From Candidatus Cryptobacteroides sp. (GTDB lineage: Bacteria > Bacteroidota > Bacteroidia > Bacteroidales > UBA932): DNA of 64,000 bases. Under the pieces are notes generated by a model. That model made no database searches and was not told where the DNA came from. It saw only the letters and a program-made list of their open reading frames with translations. Of this stretch, positions 1-9,400 are shown in pieces; the first letter of the stretch is position 1; each line of letters opens with the position of its first letter. Location: positions 11,981-75,980 of the forward strand of contig JBGUTV010000045.1 in NCBI GenBank assembly GCA_045133255.1. Reading direction: 5' to 3'. The position numbers were made by a program, and so were the translations under genes.

Positions 1-459
1 ATCGTAGCCGAAACCTCCGTTTCCAGATTTCTCAAGAGCGATCACGCCTTCAAGCGTTCCTTCAAAGAAATGTGGCTCACCGTCCACCATCAGGGTTATG
101 ACGCTTTTGAAACGCGCTCTTCTGGCTTCACCTTCCAGACCCTCCAGCTCATGAAGCACCTTGTCCATATTCTTGTTGAAATCCTTGTCATCTCCGGCAT
201 AACGGGCAGTATATACTCCAGGAGCTCCACCAAGAGCATCCACTTCAAGACCGGTGTCATCCGCAAAACAGTCGCAACCGCAATGTTCAAGTACATACTG
301 AGCCTTCTGAAGGGAGTTCTCGCGCAAAGTCTCCCCTGTTTCCGGTATGTCTTCAGTGATGCCGACTTCTGTCAACGGAACAAGTTCAAATCCTTCTCCG
401 AGAATTTCCGATGCCTCGCGCAGCTTGCCGAGGTTGCCTGTTGCAAATACTATCTTCAT
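1..459 (-). CDS. rdgB: Non-canonical purine NTP pyrophosphatase (RdgB/HAM1 family), 3' end runs off the window
   Basis: Not in the ORF track. Manual minus-strand translation from ATG at 459 gives MKIVFATGNLGKLRE...IPETGETLRENSLQKA...FADDTGLEVDALGGAPGVYTARYAG...GNGGFGYD, the HAM1 motifs. Confidence 0.95.
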   Translation of the reverse strand, partial: MKIVFATGNLGKLREASEILGEGFELVPLTEVGITEDIPETGETLRENSLQKAQYVLEHCGCDCFADDTGLEVDALGGAPGVYTARYAGDDKDFNKNMDKVLHELEGLEGEARRARFKSVITLMVDGEPHFFEGTLEGVIALEKSGNGGFGYD

Positions 460-532
460 ATTGTCAAGATTTCCCGACCTCGCTCAGAATTACAACGCGG
501 CCGTTTCATTAAAAAGTCAATAAAGTTATGTG

Positions 533-558
533 CAAAGGTATAAAATTTTCTAAATTTG
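533..558. promoter_or_regulatory. Back-to-back Bacteroidetes -7 promoter boxes (rdgB / S41 protease)
   Basis: TACCTTTG on minus (533-540) and TAAATTTG on plus (551-558); both match TAnnTTTG and sit between divergent genes. Confidence 0.65.
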
Positions 559-586
559 TATTCTTTAATCATTACAGACAGACAAT

Positions 587-2212
587 ATGAAGATAAGCCG
601 ATATATAGCAGTCCTCATCCTTGCGGCACTCGTGTCCGCATCATCACTCTCAGGCCAGTCAAAGGGCTTCAAACTGGGCCAATGGACTGAGATTCATCAC
701 GGAATAGTACGGGAACTAAACCGCTCTTATGTAGATTCTCTGCCGGTTGACAGAATCATGCGCGCCGGCATCGATGCCATGCTTGAAGAGCTCGACCCTT
801 ACACCATCTACATTCCGGAAGAGGAGAATGAGGACCTGGAGATGCTGATGTCAAAGACATACGGAGGAATCGGAGCTATCATCCACAAGAAGAAGGGAGA
901 GAATGTCATAATCAACGAACCTTACGCGAATTCCCCTGCCCAGAAATACGGGCTGCAATGCGGAGACGAGATCATTGCGATTGACGGAATCCCGACAAAG
1001 GGAGAAGAGTCGAAAGAGAGCAGCGACAGGATGAAAGGCAAGCCAGGCACCACTGTAGTATTCAAAGTGAAGAAGGTTCGCACCGGCGACACTCTGGACA
1101 TACCTGTAGTACGCGAGCGCATCCACTTCCCCGACATCGAGTACGCAGGAATGCTCAATGACACTACCGGATACATCCTCCAGTCAGGATTCACACAGAA
1201 CGTATCCTCAGAGATGAGGCAGAAGATAACCGAGCTCAAGGCAAAGGGAATGAAGCGCCTTGTACTTGACCTTAGAGGAAACGGCGGAGGACTGATGAGC
1301 GAGGCGATAAACATCGTATCACTCTTTGTGCCTAAAGGATCACTCATAGTTTCAGCTAAGGGGAACACTCCGGAGGCGACAAGGGAATACAGGACCAGCA
1401 CAGAGCCGGTGGACACAAAGCTTCCTCTCATCGTAATGATTGACTCAGGATCAGCCTCTTCTTCAGAGATCGTGGCCGGTGCCCTTCAGGACCTTGACAG
1501 GGCAACGATCATGGGAAAGAGAAGCTATGGAAAAGGACTGGTGCAGTCCATCAGGCCACTTCCTTATAACGGTCAGATGAAAGTCACTACTGCCAAATAT
1601 TACACTCCTAGCGGACGCTGCGTGCAGGCAATCGATTACAGCAGCCGAAACGAAGACGGAAGCGTAGGCCATATCCCGGACTCACTTACCAAAGAGTTCA
1701 GAACCGCTTCCGGACGCATCGTAAGGGACGGTGGCGGAATCACTCCGGACATTGAAATCGACGTACCTTCATACAGCAGACTGGTTTACTCACTCGTACT
1801 CGGAGGCGTGATCGACCAGTATGCAATAGACTTCGCCCGCAGACATGAGAGCATCCCGGCTGTCGACGATTTCCATTTCAACGATGAGGATTTTGAAGAT
1901 TTCATAAGGTTTGCAAAGACTCAGGATTTTGACTACAGAAGCAGTGCGAAGACCTACTATGACAGGATGAAGGAAGAGCTTGAAGAGGATGGTCTGGCAG
2001 AAGCAATGAGCGAGGAGCTCAAGGCTCTGGAAAAGGCTTTGGAGATGGACAAGGAAAGGTTCATCCGCCTGAAGAAGGAAGAGATCATACCGTTCATCGA
2101 AGAGGAGATTGCAACCCGCTACTGGTTCCAGGAAGCAGGTGTGAAGGTCAGACTCAGATATGACGATCAGCTTGATGCTGCACTTGAAAAGGAATTGATT
2201 AAGATAAATTAA
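587..2212 (+). CDS. S41A carboxyl-terminal processing protease (Prc/CtpA) with PDZ domain
   Basis: Signal peptide; LDPYT, GGIG PDZ start, DLRGNGGG, SASSSEIVAGALQD, SYGKGLVQ, TAKYYTPSGR. Confidence 0.93.
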   Translation: MKISRYIAVLILAALVSASSLSGQSKGFKLGQWTEIHHGIVRELNRSYVDSLPVDRIMRAGIDAMLEELDPYTIYIPEEENEDLEMLMSKTYGGIGAIIHKKKGENVIINEPYANSPAQKYGLQCGDEIIAIDGIPTKGEESKESSDRMKGKPGTTVVFKVKKVRTGDTLDIPVVRERIHFPDIEYAGMLNDTTGYILQSGFTQNVSSEMRQKITELKAKGMKRLVLDLRGNGGGLMSEAINIVSLFVPKGSLIVSAKGNTPEATREYRTSTEPVDTKLPLIVMIDSGSASSSEIVAGALQDLDRATIMGKRSYGKGLVQSIRPLPYNGQMKVTTAKYYTPSGRCVQAIDYSSRNEDGSVGHIPDSLTKEFRTASGRIVRDGGGITPDIEIDVPSYSRLVYSLVLGGVIDQYAIDFARRHESIPAVDDFHFNDEDFEDFIRFAKTQDFDYRSSAKTYYDRMKEELEEDGLAEAMSEELKALEKALEMDKERFIRLKKEEIIPFIEEEIATRYWFQEAGVKVRLRYDDQLDAALEKELIKIN

Positions 2213-2225
2213 ATATAACTCAATT

Positions 2226-2894
2226 ATGGCAAACAAGATTACCGTATCAGTAATGTGCTCGGATCTCATGAATCTCGAGCGCGACATCAAGGAGCTGGAG
2301 CGCAATGGCGTGGACTGGCTTCACATAGACATTATGGATGCTCACTTCGTACCGAACCTCACATTCGGTCCGGACTTCCCTAACGCAATGCACCGCGTTA
2401 CAAATATGCCTCTTGACATCCACCTTATGTGTGAAGATCCTGAATTCATCTGTTCTAAGATTGACGTTCACGCAGGCGACATCATCTCTACACACGTTGA
2501 ACTCAAGAAGGACTTCACAGATTTCGCTGCAAAAATCCATGAGAAGGGTGCAATGTTCGGAGTAGTGGTGAATCCTGACACTCCTGTTGATTCAGTAGCC
2601 CCTCACATGGCATATAGCGACATGGTTACCCTTATGCTTGTGCACCCTGGCTTTGCAGGCGCAAAGCTTGTTGAAGGAATCCTTGGCAAGGTTGCAGAGA
2701 TGCGCCAGTGGCTCGATTCAAACGGCTACGAGAACGTGCTCATCAGCGTTGACGGAAGCGTAAGCTGCGAGCGTGCCGAGCTTATGGCAGGAATGGGTGC
2801 TAACGTTTTCGTAGGAGGCACAGCAGGCGTTTACCGCAAAGGAATGGAGCTCAGCGAGTCTATTCCTCTTCTTCGTGCAGCTATCTCGAAATAG
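2226..2894 (+). CDS. Ribulose-phosphate 3-epimerase family protein (AlsE-like)
   Basis: HIDIMDAHFVPNLTFG, DIHLM, MLVHPGFAG, VDGSV motifs. Confidence 0.88.
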   Translation: MANKITVSVMCSDLMNLERDIKELERNGVDWLHIDIMDAHFVPNLTFGPDFPNAMHRVTNMPLDIHLMCEDPEFICSKIDVHAGDIISTHVELKKDFTDFAAKIHEKGAMFGVVVNPDTPVDSVAPHMAYSDMVTLMLVHPGFAGAKLVEGILGKVAEMRQWLDSNGYENVLISVDGSVSCERAELMAGMGANVFVGGTAGVYRKGMELSESIPLLRAAISK

Positions 2895-2911
2895 TAATCA
2901 CATCCATAGAT

Positions 2912-2952
2912 CAGACAAGGCCAGGTTCTTAAGCAGAACCTGGCCTTGTCTG
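2912..2952. terminator. Hairpin between convergent genes, likely bidirectional terminator
   Basis: Perfect 18-bp stem CAGACAAGGCCAGGTTCT / AGAACCTGGCCTTGTCTG with a 5-nt loop; U-tracts are weak. Confidence 0.75.
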
Positions 2953-2971
2953 TATGACTTATTCTATCCTT

Positions 2972-3784
2972 CTAGTCCTCCTCAGGTACCTCGTCACGAA
3001 CCACCTGGATTGAGAGTTCGTATAAGGCATAGAGAGGAAGGAAGACGATAGACAATGTGAACGGATCGCCAGTCGGAGTGATAGCTGCAGCAAGGACAAG
3101 AAGCACAGCTACCGCAACCTTTCTGTATTTCTTCAGGAATGACTTGCTTATAAGACCTAGCTTGGACATAAGCCATGCCAGAAGCGGGAGTTCGAAGACA
3201 AGTCCCATGATGAACACCATACCCATAAATGTGCTCATATACGAGTTCAGACTGATCTGATTTGCCACTTCTGCGCTGATCTGGTATTCTGCAAGAAAGC
3301 GGAACGTGAACGGGAACACAAAGGTATAGCCCACGGCACATCCAAGATAAAACATCACGGTTCCGAAAAGGAAGGCTGTCATCACGCTCAGCTTTTCATT
3401 GTCATACAACGCAGGCGCGATGAATCTCCAGACCTCAAAGACAAGGTACGGAAATGCAACAATCAGGGAAAACCAGAAAGATGTGCTGATATGGGTGAGG
3501 AACTGTGAGGCGACATTGATGTTTATTATGTCGACCTTGAAGTCTCCAGCCGAAAAATCCGGCATAAGCGGCAGAGAGCCCAAAGAACCCAGCCACCTGT
3601 AAAGGAAGAATTCAGACGTAGTAGGACCGAGGACAAAGGTGGTGAAGATATGAGGCATGGCAATAAAAATCACGATCATAGCCAGCAAGACTACAATCGC
3701 GACTCTGAATATTGACCATCTCAGGACTTCGAGATGTTCCCAAAAAGTCAGGGAACCTTCCTGCGCCTTGATATCTTCAGCCAT
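2972..3784 (-). CDS. tatC: Twin-arginine translocase subunit TatC
   Basis: TFWEHLEVLR, EVWRFIAPALY, GLVFELP, AAITPTGDP; multiple TM helices. Confidence 0.96.
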   Translation of the reverse strand: MAEDIKAQEGSLTFWEHLEVLRWSIFRVAIVVLLAMIVIFIAMPHIFTTFVLGPTTSEFFLYRWLGSLGSLPLMPDFSAGDFKVDIININVASQFLTHISTSFWFSLIVAFPYLVFEVWRFIAPALYDNEKLSVMTAFLFGTVMFYLGCAVGYTFVFPFTFRFLAEYQISAEVANQISLNSYMSTFMGMVFIMGLVFELPLLAWLMSKLGLISKSFLKKYRKVAVAVLLVLAAAITPTGDPFTLSIVFLPLYALYELSIQVVRDEVPEED

Positions 3785-3786
3785 TA

Positions 3787-4002
3787 TTATTCCTCCGTAT
3801 TGGCCGAATCGTTCTTCTTCTGAGGTTCAGCGTTGATTTCCTTCTCGATGTCGTTGATGCCATCCTTGAAGCTTTTCACGCCCTTACCTAGTCCTTTCAT
3901 AAGTTCAGGAATCTTCTTGCCTCCGAAGAGAAGAAGGATTACCAATGCCACGATGATGATCTCACCGGCGCCTATATTGCCTAAGAATAAAAGTGTTTTC
4001 AT
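3787..4002 (-). CDS. tatA: Twin-arginine translocase subunit TatA/E
   Basis: [36 protein letters not shown]; adjacent to tatC. Confidence 0.96.
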   Translation of the reverse strand: MKTLLFLGNIGAGEIIIVALVILLLFGGKKIPELMKGLGKGVKSFKDGINDIEKEINAEPQKKNDSANTEE

Positions 4003-4051
4003 ATCTAGAAGTTTACTGTCTTACAAAAATGGGTATTTTTTGCGGTACTTG

Positions 4052-4059
4052 CAAATTTA
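4052..4059 (-). promoter_or_regulatory. Putative -7 box for tatAC overlapping the GH125 stop codon
   Basis: TAAATTTG on minus, about 50 nt upstream of the tatA ATG. Confidence 0.5.
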
Positions 4060-5502
4060 TCGTCTCTTATACGGATCCTTGTATTTAGGAGCCTTGATGG
4101 AATTGAGGACCTCAAGCTTGCCATTGTCGATCAGATGGACAATCAGCTCACCGAAAAGGGAATTCTGCCAGGCAAACCACTCACGGGTGAAATCATCGGC
4201 ATTGTCCTTATGGAATGACTCATGCATGAATCCTGTGTTTGCGTCTGTATTCATCAGCATCTCCACGCACTTCTTGATCTCCTTGTCACTCTGAGCCGTG
4301 AACGCTCTCATCATTATGCTCATCGGCCATATCATATCGTGATCGATATGAGGGCTGCCCACGCCTTCTGCAACCTTTCCCTTGTGGAAATATGGATTAT
4401 ACTCACTGAGGATGAACTTACGGGTCTTCTTGTATACCGGATCCTTGATGTCGACAGCCTCGAGATAAGGAAGCGAGAGAAGGCTTGGAATGTTGGCATC
4501 ATCCATCATCAAGGCATTTCCGAATCCGTCAACCTCGTAGGCATAGATCTTTCCATATTTAGGATGCTTGACGACAGCATGTTTCTTAAGAGCCTTCTCA
4601 ACCTCGTCCGCAAGAGATGTACATTCCCTGGCAAGTCTGCCCTGATGATTCACCGTCTCAAGAATCTCAGCCGCCTGACGGAGAGACTTCACGGCAAAGA
4701 AGTTTGCAGGAACAAGGAATTCGAAAGTGGTGGCATCGTCTGAAGGACGGAAGGAAGAAGCGATAAGTCCGCAAGGCTTTACAGGATTACCCTTGCCGAC
4801 ACAGCATTTCGTATCAAACTGACGGTCAGTCTCCCTAAGGAAGAAATAATCTCCGTGGCCCTTCTTTCTCTGCTGATCCTTGAATACCTTGAGGGTAAGT
4901 TCGATGGCATCCAGCCATTCTTCATCAAAGACCGAGGTGTCCCCTGTTGTCTTCCAGTATGCATATGCAAGACGGATAGGATAGCAATGCGAGTCTATCT
5001 CCCACTTGCGTTCAAAGACATTCTTGTTCGGTCTTTCTCCAGTCTTGTCGTCTGTATGGCCTTCGCCTGTAGGACCGTCGTTGAATGCATTGGCATACGG
5101 GTCCATGCAGATAAGCTTGAACTGTCTGATGATGGTGCCGGCTATCATCTTGCGCATATTGGGATCAACTGCCGCATATCTCACATACGGCCACACCTGC
5201 GCGCCTGAATCTCTCAGCCACATTGCAGGAATGTCACCGGTGTATATGAAAGTGTCACCTCTGCCGGCATTGCCGCCCTCGTCGAAATGAACAGTAGTAT
5301 CAAGCGTATTCGGATAGCAGTTCTCAAACATCCAGGCTATCTTTGGATTGACCAGCATTGCCTTAATGTCCTGTATCTTGAGTTCCACGACCTCAGAAGT
5401 GAAGAGTCTGTTGCCCTCTGACGGTCTTTCCGAGCGATAGTTCTGAGCAGCAAGGTTCAATGCCATTGCAAGACCGATTGTCAGCGCGATAATCTTTTTC
5501 AT
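4057..5502 (-). CDS. Glycoside hydrolase family 125 (exo-alpha-1,6-mannosidase type)
   Basis: FENCYPNTLDTT, TGDIPAMWLRDS, ERKWEIDS, FRPSDD, MDDANIPSLLSLPYL, GFMHESF, FTREWFAWQNSLFGE; signal peptide. Confidence 0.93.
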   Translation of the reverse strand: MKKIIALTIGLAMALNLAAQNYRSERPSEGNRLFTSEVVELKIQDIKAMLVNPKIAWMFENCYPNTLDTTVHFDEGGNAGRGDTFIYTGDIPAMWLRDSGAQVWPYVRYAAVDPNMRKMIAGTIIRQFKLICMDPYANAFNDGPTGEGHTDDKTGERPNKNVFERKWEIDSHCYPIRLAYAYWKTTGDTSVFDEEWLDAIELTLKVFKDQQRKKGHGDYFFLRETDRQFDTKCCVGKGNPVKPCGLIASSFRPSDDATTFEFLVPANFFAVKSLRQAAEILETVNHQGRLARECTSLADEVEKALKKHAVVKHPKYGKIYAYEVDGFGNALMMDDANIPSLLSLPYLEAVDIKDPVYKKTRKFILSEYNPYFHKGKVAEGVGSPHIDHDMIWPMSIMMRAFTAQSDKEIKKCVEMLMNTDANTGFMHESFHKDNADDFTREWFAWQNSLFGELIVHLIDNGKLEVLNSIKAPKYKDPYKRR

Positions 5503-6086
5503 AGTGCAGTGCTTTTATAGCTGAACTCGCATCCGCAGTACAGCTGATTGTAAAAATCGTATTCCTTTATTATCTGGAGGCGTCTTTCCTGAAGGCCTCC
5601 CTTTCTCCAGTTCCTGTCCCACCAGACCACGCCGGAGACCTGGGCACAGGCCCATTCACCGGCCTCATTTATCTGTTCCAGGGACTTCCACCTCGATGAA
5701 GCCAGAGTGGTTGTGATGACCCTGAATCCATTATCCCTTGCATATTCAGCAGTACGGAGCAGTCTGAGCTTGAAGCATCTGAGGCATCTCCCTCCCCTCT
5801 CCGGCTCATTTTCCAGCCCCTTTACGGCCTCCAGCCATGCCTCATGATCATAGTCATCGTCTATGATATCCAGACCGAGAGCCTTGGCATATCTGGTACA
5901 TTCTTCCTTTCTGACAAGATACTCTTCCAACGGATATATATTAGGATTGCAGTAATATATCACAGGACGTATTCCGTTGTTCAGAAGACATTCTATTATG
6001 GCGGAAGAGCATGGTGCACAACAAGTATGGAGCAGAACTTCCGTCTGCCCCATAGGTACGTTTAATGATTCCGCGTCTTTCTTCAT
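5499..6086 (-). CDS. queH: Epoxyqueuosine reductase QueH
   Basis: LLHTCCAPCS, NPNIYP, PERGGRCLRCF, YNQLYCGCEFS. Confidence 0.93.
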   Translation of the reverse strand: MKKDAESLNVPMGQTEVLLHTCCAPCSSAIIECLLNNGIRPVIYYCNPNIYPLEEYLVRKEECTRYAKALGLDIIDDDYDHEAWLEAVKGLENEPERGGRCLRCFKLRLLRTAEYARDNGFRVITTTLASSRWKSLEQINEAGEWACAQVSGVVWWDRNWRKGGLQERRLQIIKEYDFYNQLYCGCEFSYKSTAL

Positions 6087-7996
6087 TAAAGTGAGGCCAG
6101 ATTCATCCTGTTGACCACGTTCTTTCCTTCAGGAGTATAGGCGTATTCCATATTTGCCTTATACGCTTCCTCCACTCTTCCGCGAACAACCTTCATTGAA
6201 CTGTTCAGGAAATGATTCTGCTCTGTCCAAGGCTCAGGAAGGACGCAGACTGCAGCAGGAAGCCATCTGTCAGGGAACATTCCTCCAAGTCTTCCACCTG
6301 TCCTGTAAGCATTGATCTCCTCCTGAATCTTTTCCAGCATCTTTGCCTTTGCCTCTTCTGTCGAAGGATCAAGTCCAAGTTCCTTGGCATATGCCTTCAA
6401 GGCCTCCTTATTAGGAGTAACAAGAGCGATTGTATAAGGATCCTGACTGTTGTGAAGGAGGGCACCGTCAATATACTTTGAATTCTCCACCAGATTCTCC
6501 TCGATTCCTTCAGGTGAATACTTCTCACCGTCAGCGGCAATGAGGAGCGACTTGAATCGTCCTACTACATAGAGCATCTCCTCGTCACGCATATAGCCCA
6601 TGTCGCCTGTGTGAAGCCATCCGTCCACGATGGTATCTGCTGTCGACTTAGGGTTCTTCCAGTAACCTGCCATCACATTCTCGCCTTTGATGCAGATCTC
6701 TCCCTTCACTCCGAAAGGCTGCTCTACTCCGTCTGCGTCAAGGATCTTGATCTCCATCGGAGACACCACCTTTCCGGATGAGCCGAAGATATGCTTTTCA
6801 GGTGAGTTCGCAGAAATGATCGGAGTCGCCTCAGAAAGACCGTATCCCTGATACATAGGGATTCCGATTGCATAGTAATATCTCTGAAGATCTATATCGA
6901 GAAGGGCGCCTCCACCTACAAAGAACTTCATCTGGCCTCCAAGACCTTCACGGACCTTCTTGAAGATGACCTTGTCAAAGATGGCCATCAGAGGCTTGCG
7001 GAAGATGTCCACAAACTCTGTTCCCTTGTTGTAGCCTTCCTTATTATATGCTATGGCGTTCTTAAGTGCGAATCTGTAAAGCTTCTCCACAACAGGACCG
7101 CTCTTGCTGATGGTGGTCTCGATATTCTTCTTGAAACTCTTTGCAAGAGTAGGCACAGAAAGCATCACGTTAGGTTTGAATTCCTTGATGCTTGTCGGGA
7201 TGTTTCTCAACGCCTCTTTGCCGCTCTTTCCGGAAGGGACCATACCGAGCGATGCTCCGTATGACATCATTGTATAGAAACCTGCCACGTGAGCGAAGCA
7301 GTGATCGAGCGGAAGGATGATGAGCATCTTGTCTTCCGGAGCCACGCCGATTACAGAATGTGCCTGCTCGACATTAGCCGTGTAGTTCCTGTGGGTAAGA
7401 AGGATACCCTTTGGATCGGCTGTCGTGCCGGAAGTATAGCTGATGTTAGCGTAATCATCCGGACCGATTGAAGAATATCTCTTGACGAACTGATCCTCAT
7501 TGGCTGCGAGGAACTCGTCTCCCATCTTCATGATTTCGCCGATATACATCTCGTTCTCACGCATATCATCGACCTCATCAAAGATGATGACCTTCTCCAC
7601 CATAGGACATTCCGGAAGGATCGCCCTTACCTTAGGAAGCTGGAACTTCGATGTGATCACATATTTCGAATCAGAGTGCTTTACTCTGAAGACCAGGTCG
7701 TTTGTTTCTCCGAGCTTGATAGAAAGCGGCACATTTACAGCACCCGCATACAGCACTCCCAGCTCGCCGATGACCCACATATCACGTCCCTCGCTAAGAT
7801 ACGATACCTTCTCCCCTTTCTGCACACCGAGAGCCATAAGGCCGGCAGCAATGCGCTTTGCCTTCTTCAGCGCCTCGGCATATGTGGTCGGCTCCCATAC
7901 GTTGGTATCAAGATTCTTCTCCCAAAGAAACGGGCTTGAAGAAAATTGCGACACGTATTTTTCAACGAAGTCAATTATAGTAAGTCTCTCTGCCAT
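6086..7996 (-). CDS. Long-chain fatty-acid-CoA ligase (AMP-binding)
   Basis: YTSGTTADPKG, QGYGLSE, WLHTGD motifs. Start reset to MAERL at 7996, because the longer ORF overlaps the upstream gene. Confidence 0.9.
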   Translation of the reverse strand: MAERLTIIDFVEKYVSQFSSSPFLWEKNLDTNVWEPTTYAEALKKAKRIAAGLMALGVQKGEKVSYLSEGRDMWVIGELGVLYAGAVNVPLSIKLGETNDLVFRVKHSDSKYVITSKFQLPKVRAILPECPMVEKVIIFDEVDDMRENEMYIGEIMKMGDEFLAANEDQFVKRYSSIGPDDYANISYTSGTTADPKGILLTHRNYTANVEQAHSVIGVAPEDKMLIILPLDHCFAHVAGFYTMMSYGASLGMVPSGKSGKEALRNIPTSIKEFKPNVMLSVPTLAKSFKKNIETTISKSGPVVEKLYRFALKNAIAYNKEGYNKGTEFVDIFRKPLMAIFDKVIFKKVREGLGGQMKFFVGGGALLDIDLQRYYYAIGIPMYQGYGLSEATPIISANSPEKHIFGSSGKVVSPMEIKILDADGVEQPFGVKGEICIKGENVMAGYWKNPKSTADTIVDGWLHTGDMGYMRDEEMLYVVGRFKSLLIAADGEKYSPEGIEENLVENSKYIDGALLHNSQDPYTIALVTPNKEALKAYAKELGLDPSTEEAKAKMLEKIQEEINAYRTGGRLGGMFPDRWLPAAVCVLPEPWTEQNHFLNSSMKVVRGRVEEAYKANMEYAYTPEGKNVVNRMNLASL

Positions 7997-8006
7997 AATC
8001 TTAAGT

Positions 8007-8627
8007 TTATTCGTTCTTGAACAATCCGAAAAGTTCTGCATCAATCTTGTCTGTAACTTCCTGGAAATCCTCAGGACGGTTTTCAAACTTGATGCGGTCC
8101 ACATCAAGGATGAGAAGCTTGTGCGGATAGTTGTTTATCCAATTCTCATACCTCTCGTTAAGACCAGTGATATAATCGATCCTGATGCTCTTCTCGTACT
8201 CGCGGCCACGCTTCTGAATCTGGCTTACAAGATTCGGAATCGAGCTTCTGAGATAGATGAGGAGATCAGGCGGATTCACGAGGGACATCATAAGGTCGAA
8301 GAGATCCGAGTAGTTCTCGAAATCTCTTGTGCTCATAAGACCCATTCCGTGAAGGTTAGGAGCAAAGATTCTTGCATCCTCATATATTGTGCGGTCCTGG
8401 ATGATCACCTCGTCAAGCTTGGAGATATCCACGACATCCTTGAATCTCTTATTAAGAAAGTAGACCTGAAGATTGAATGACCATCTCTCCATATCCTCAT
8501 AGAAATCAGCAAGATAAGGGTTATAGTCAACAGACTCGAACTTCGGGGTCCAACCATAATGCGCAGCGAGCATCTTTGTAAGTGTTGTCTTTCCGCTGCC
8601 GATATTACCAGCTATCGCAATATGCAT
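8007..8627 (-). CDS. Deoxynucleoside kinase
   Basis: IAIAGNIGSGKTT P-loop, DRTIYED, IQKRGREYE. Confidence 0.92.
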   Translation of the reverse strand: MHIAIAGNIGSGKTTLTKMLAAHYGWTPKFESVDYNPYLADFYEDMERWSFNLQVYFLNKRFKDVVDISKLDEVIIQDRTIYEDARIFAPNLHGMGLMSTRDFENYSDLFDLMMSLVNPPDLLIYLRSSIPNLVSQIQKRGREYEKSIRIDYITGLNERYENWINNYPHKLLILDVDRIKFENRPEDFQEVTDKIDAELFGLFKNE

Positions 8628-8659
8628 ATTCTTCGTTTTAATTTATGTACATCAATTAG

Positions 8660-8688
8660 CAAATTTAATAACTCTTTTTGTATTTTTG
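8660..8688. promoter_or_regulatory. Back-to-back -7 boxes (deoxynucleoside kinase operon / MBL-uvrA operon)
   Basis: TAAATTTG on minus (8660-8667) and TATTTTTG on plus (8681-8688). Confidence 0.6.
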
Positions 8689-8709
8689 TATGATTAACGG
8701 ATTTTTTGA

Positions 8710-9378
8710 ATGATACACATAGAATATTTCACTTTCAATGCCTTTATGGAGCGTTGCAGCGTGGTCTGGGATGACGACTTGAATTGCGCAATAATTGACC
8801 CTGGATTCTACACTGTCGGCGAGCGGGACAGACTCTACGGATTCATTGAGGACAGGAAACTGTGCGTAAAGGCCCTCCTTCTCACACACGGACATTTCGA
8901 CCACATCTTTGGCGTGGCCGAGGCTTCAGCACATTTCAACGTACCCGTATATATGCATACAGCCGACAAGGTAATCATTGACGAAGCCAATCCGGCACTT
9001 TGCTCAGCTTTCGGGCTGAAGGTTCCGGCTGCAGTCGCGCAGGACATCATCCCAGCCAGAGAGGGAAACAAAATTGAAATCGGCTCAATGAAATTCGAGG
9101 TAATCGAGACTCCCGGCCACACTCCCGGAGGTGTATGCTACCTCGAGCGCGAGCAGAAGATCATGTTCAGCGGTGACACACTCTTTGCAGGAAGCATCGG
9201 GCGAACAGACAATCAATGGGCTGATTATGACGCACTTATGGCAGGAATATTCGGAAAGCTCATGGAACTGGACGGCGACATCGCTGTAGTTCCCGGACAT
9301 GGCCCTGCCACATCAATTGCAGACGAGCGCATGACAAACCCATTCCTTATGCCCTTCAACGAGCCATTTGAAGATTAA
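8710..9378 (+). CDS. MBL-fold metallo-hydrolase (glyoxalase II/YcbL-like)
   Basis: THGHFDH, TPGHTPG, FSGDTLF, PGHG. Confidence 0.9.
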   Translation: MIHIEYFTFNAFMERCSVVWDDDLNCAIIDPGFYTVGERDRLYGFIEDRKLCVKALLLTHGHFDHIFGVAEASAHFNVPVYMHTADKVIIDEANPALCSAFGLKVPAAVAQDIIPAREGNKIEIGSMKFEVIETPGHTPGGVCYLEREQKIMFSGDTLFAGSIGRTDNQWADYDALMAGIFGKLMELDGDIAVVPGHGPATSIADERMTNPFLMPFNEPFED

Positions 9379-9400
9379 CCGGACCGGGATCCTGAGTGAA

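Noticed and set aside
70-543. 157-aa plus-strand ORF
   Set aside because: Antisense shadow of rdgB, which has clear family motifs on minus.
7997-8107. N-terminal extension of the acyl-CoA ligase ORF
   Set aside because: Overlaps the kinase gene out of frame; the ATG at 7996 fits better. The same reasoning was used to trim uvrA, rsgA, U32 and the second GH92.
7500-8480. 326-aa plus-strand ORF
   Set aside because: Antisense shadow across the acyl-CoA ligase and kinase genes.
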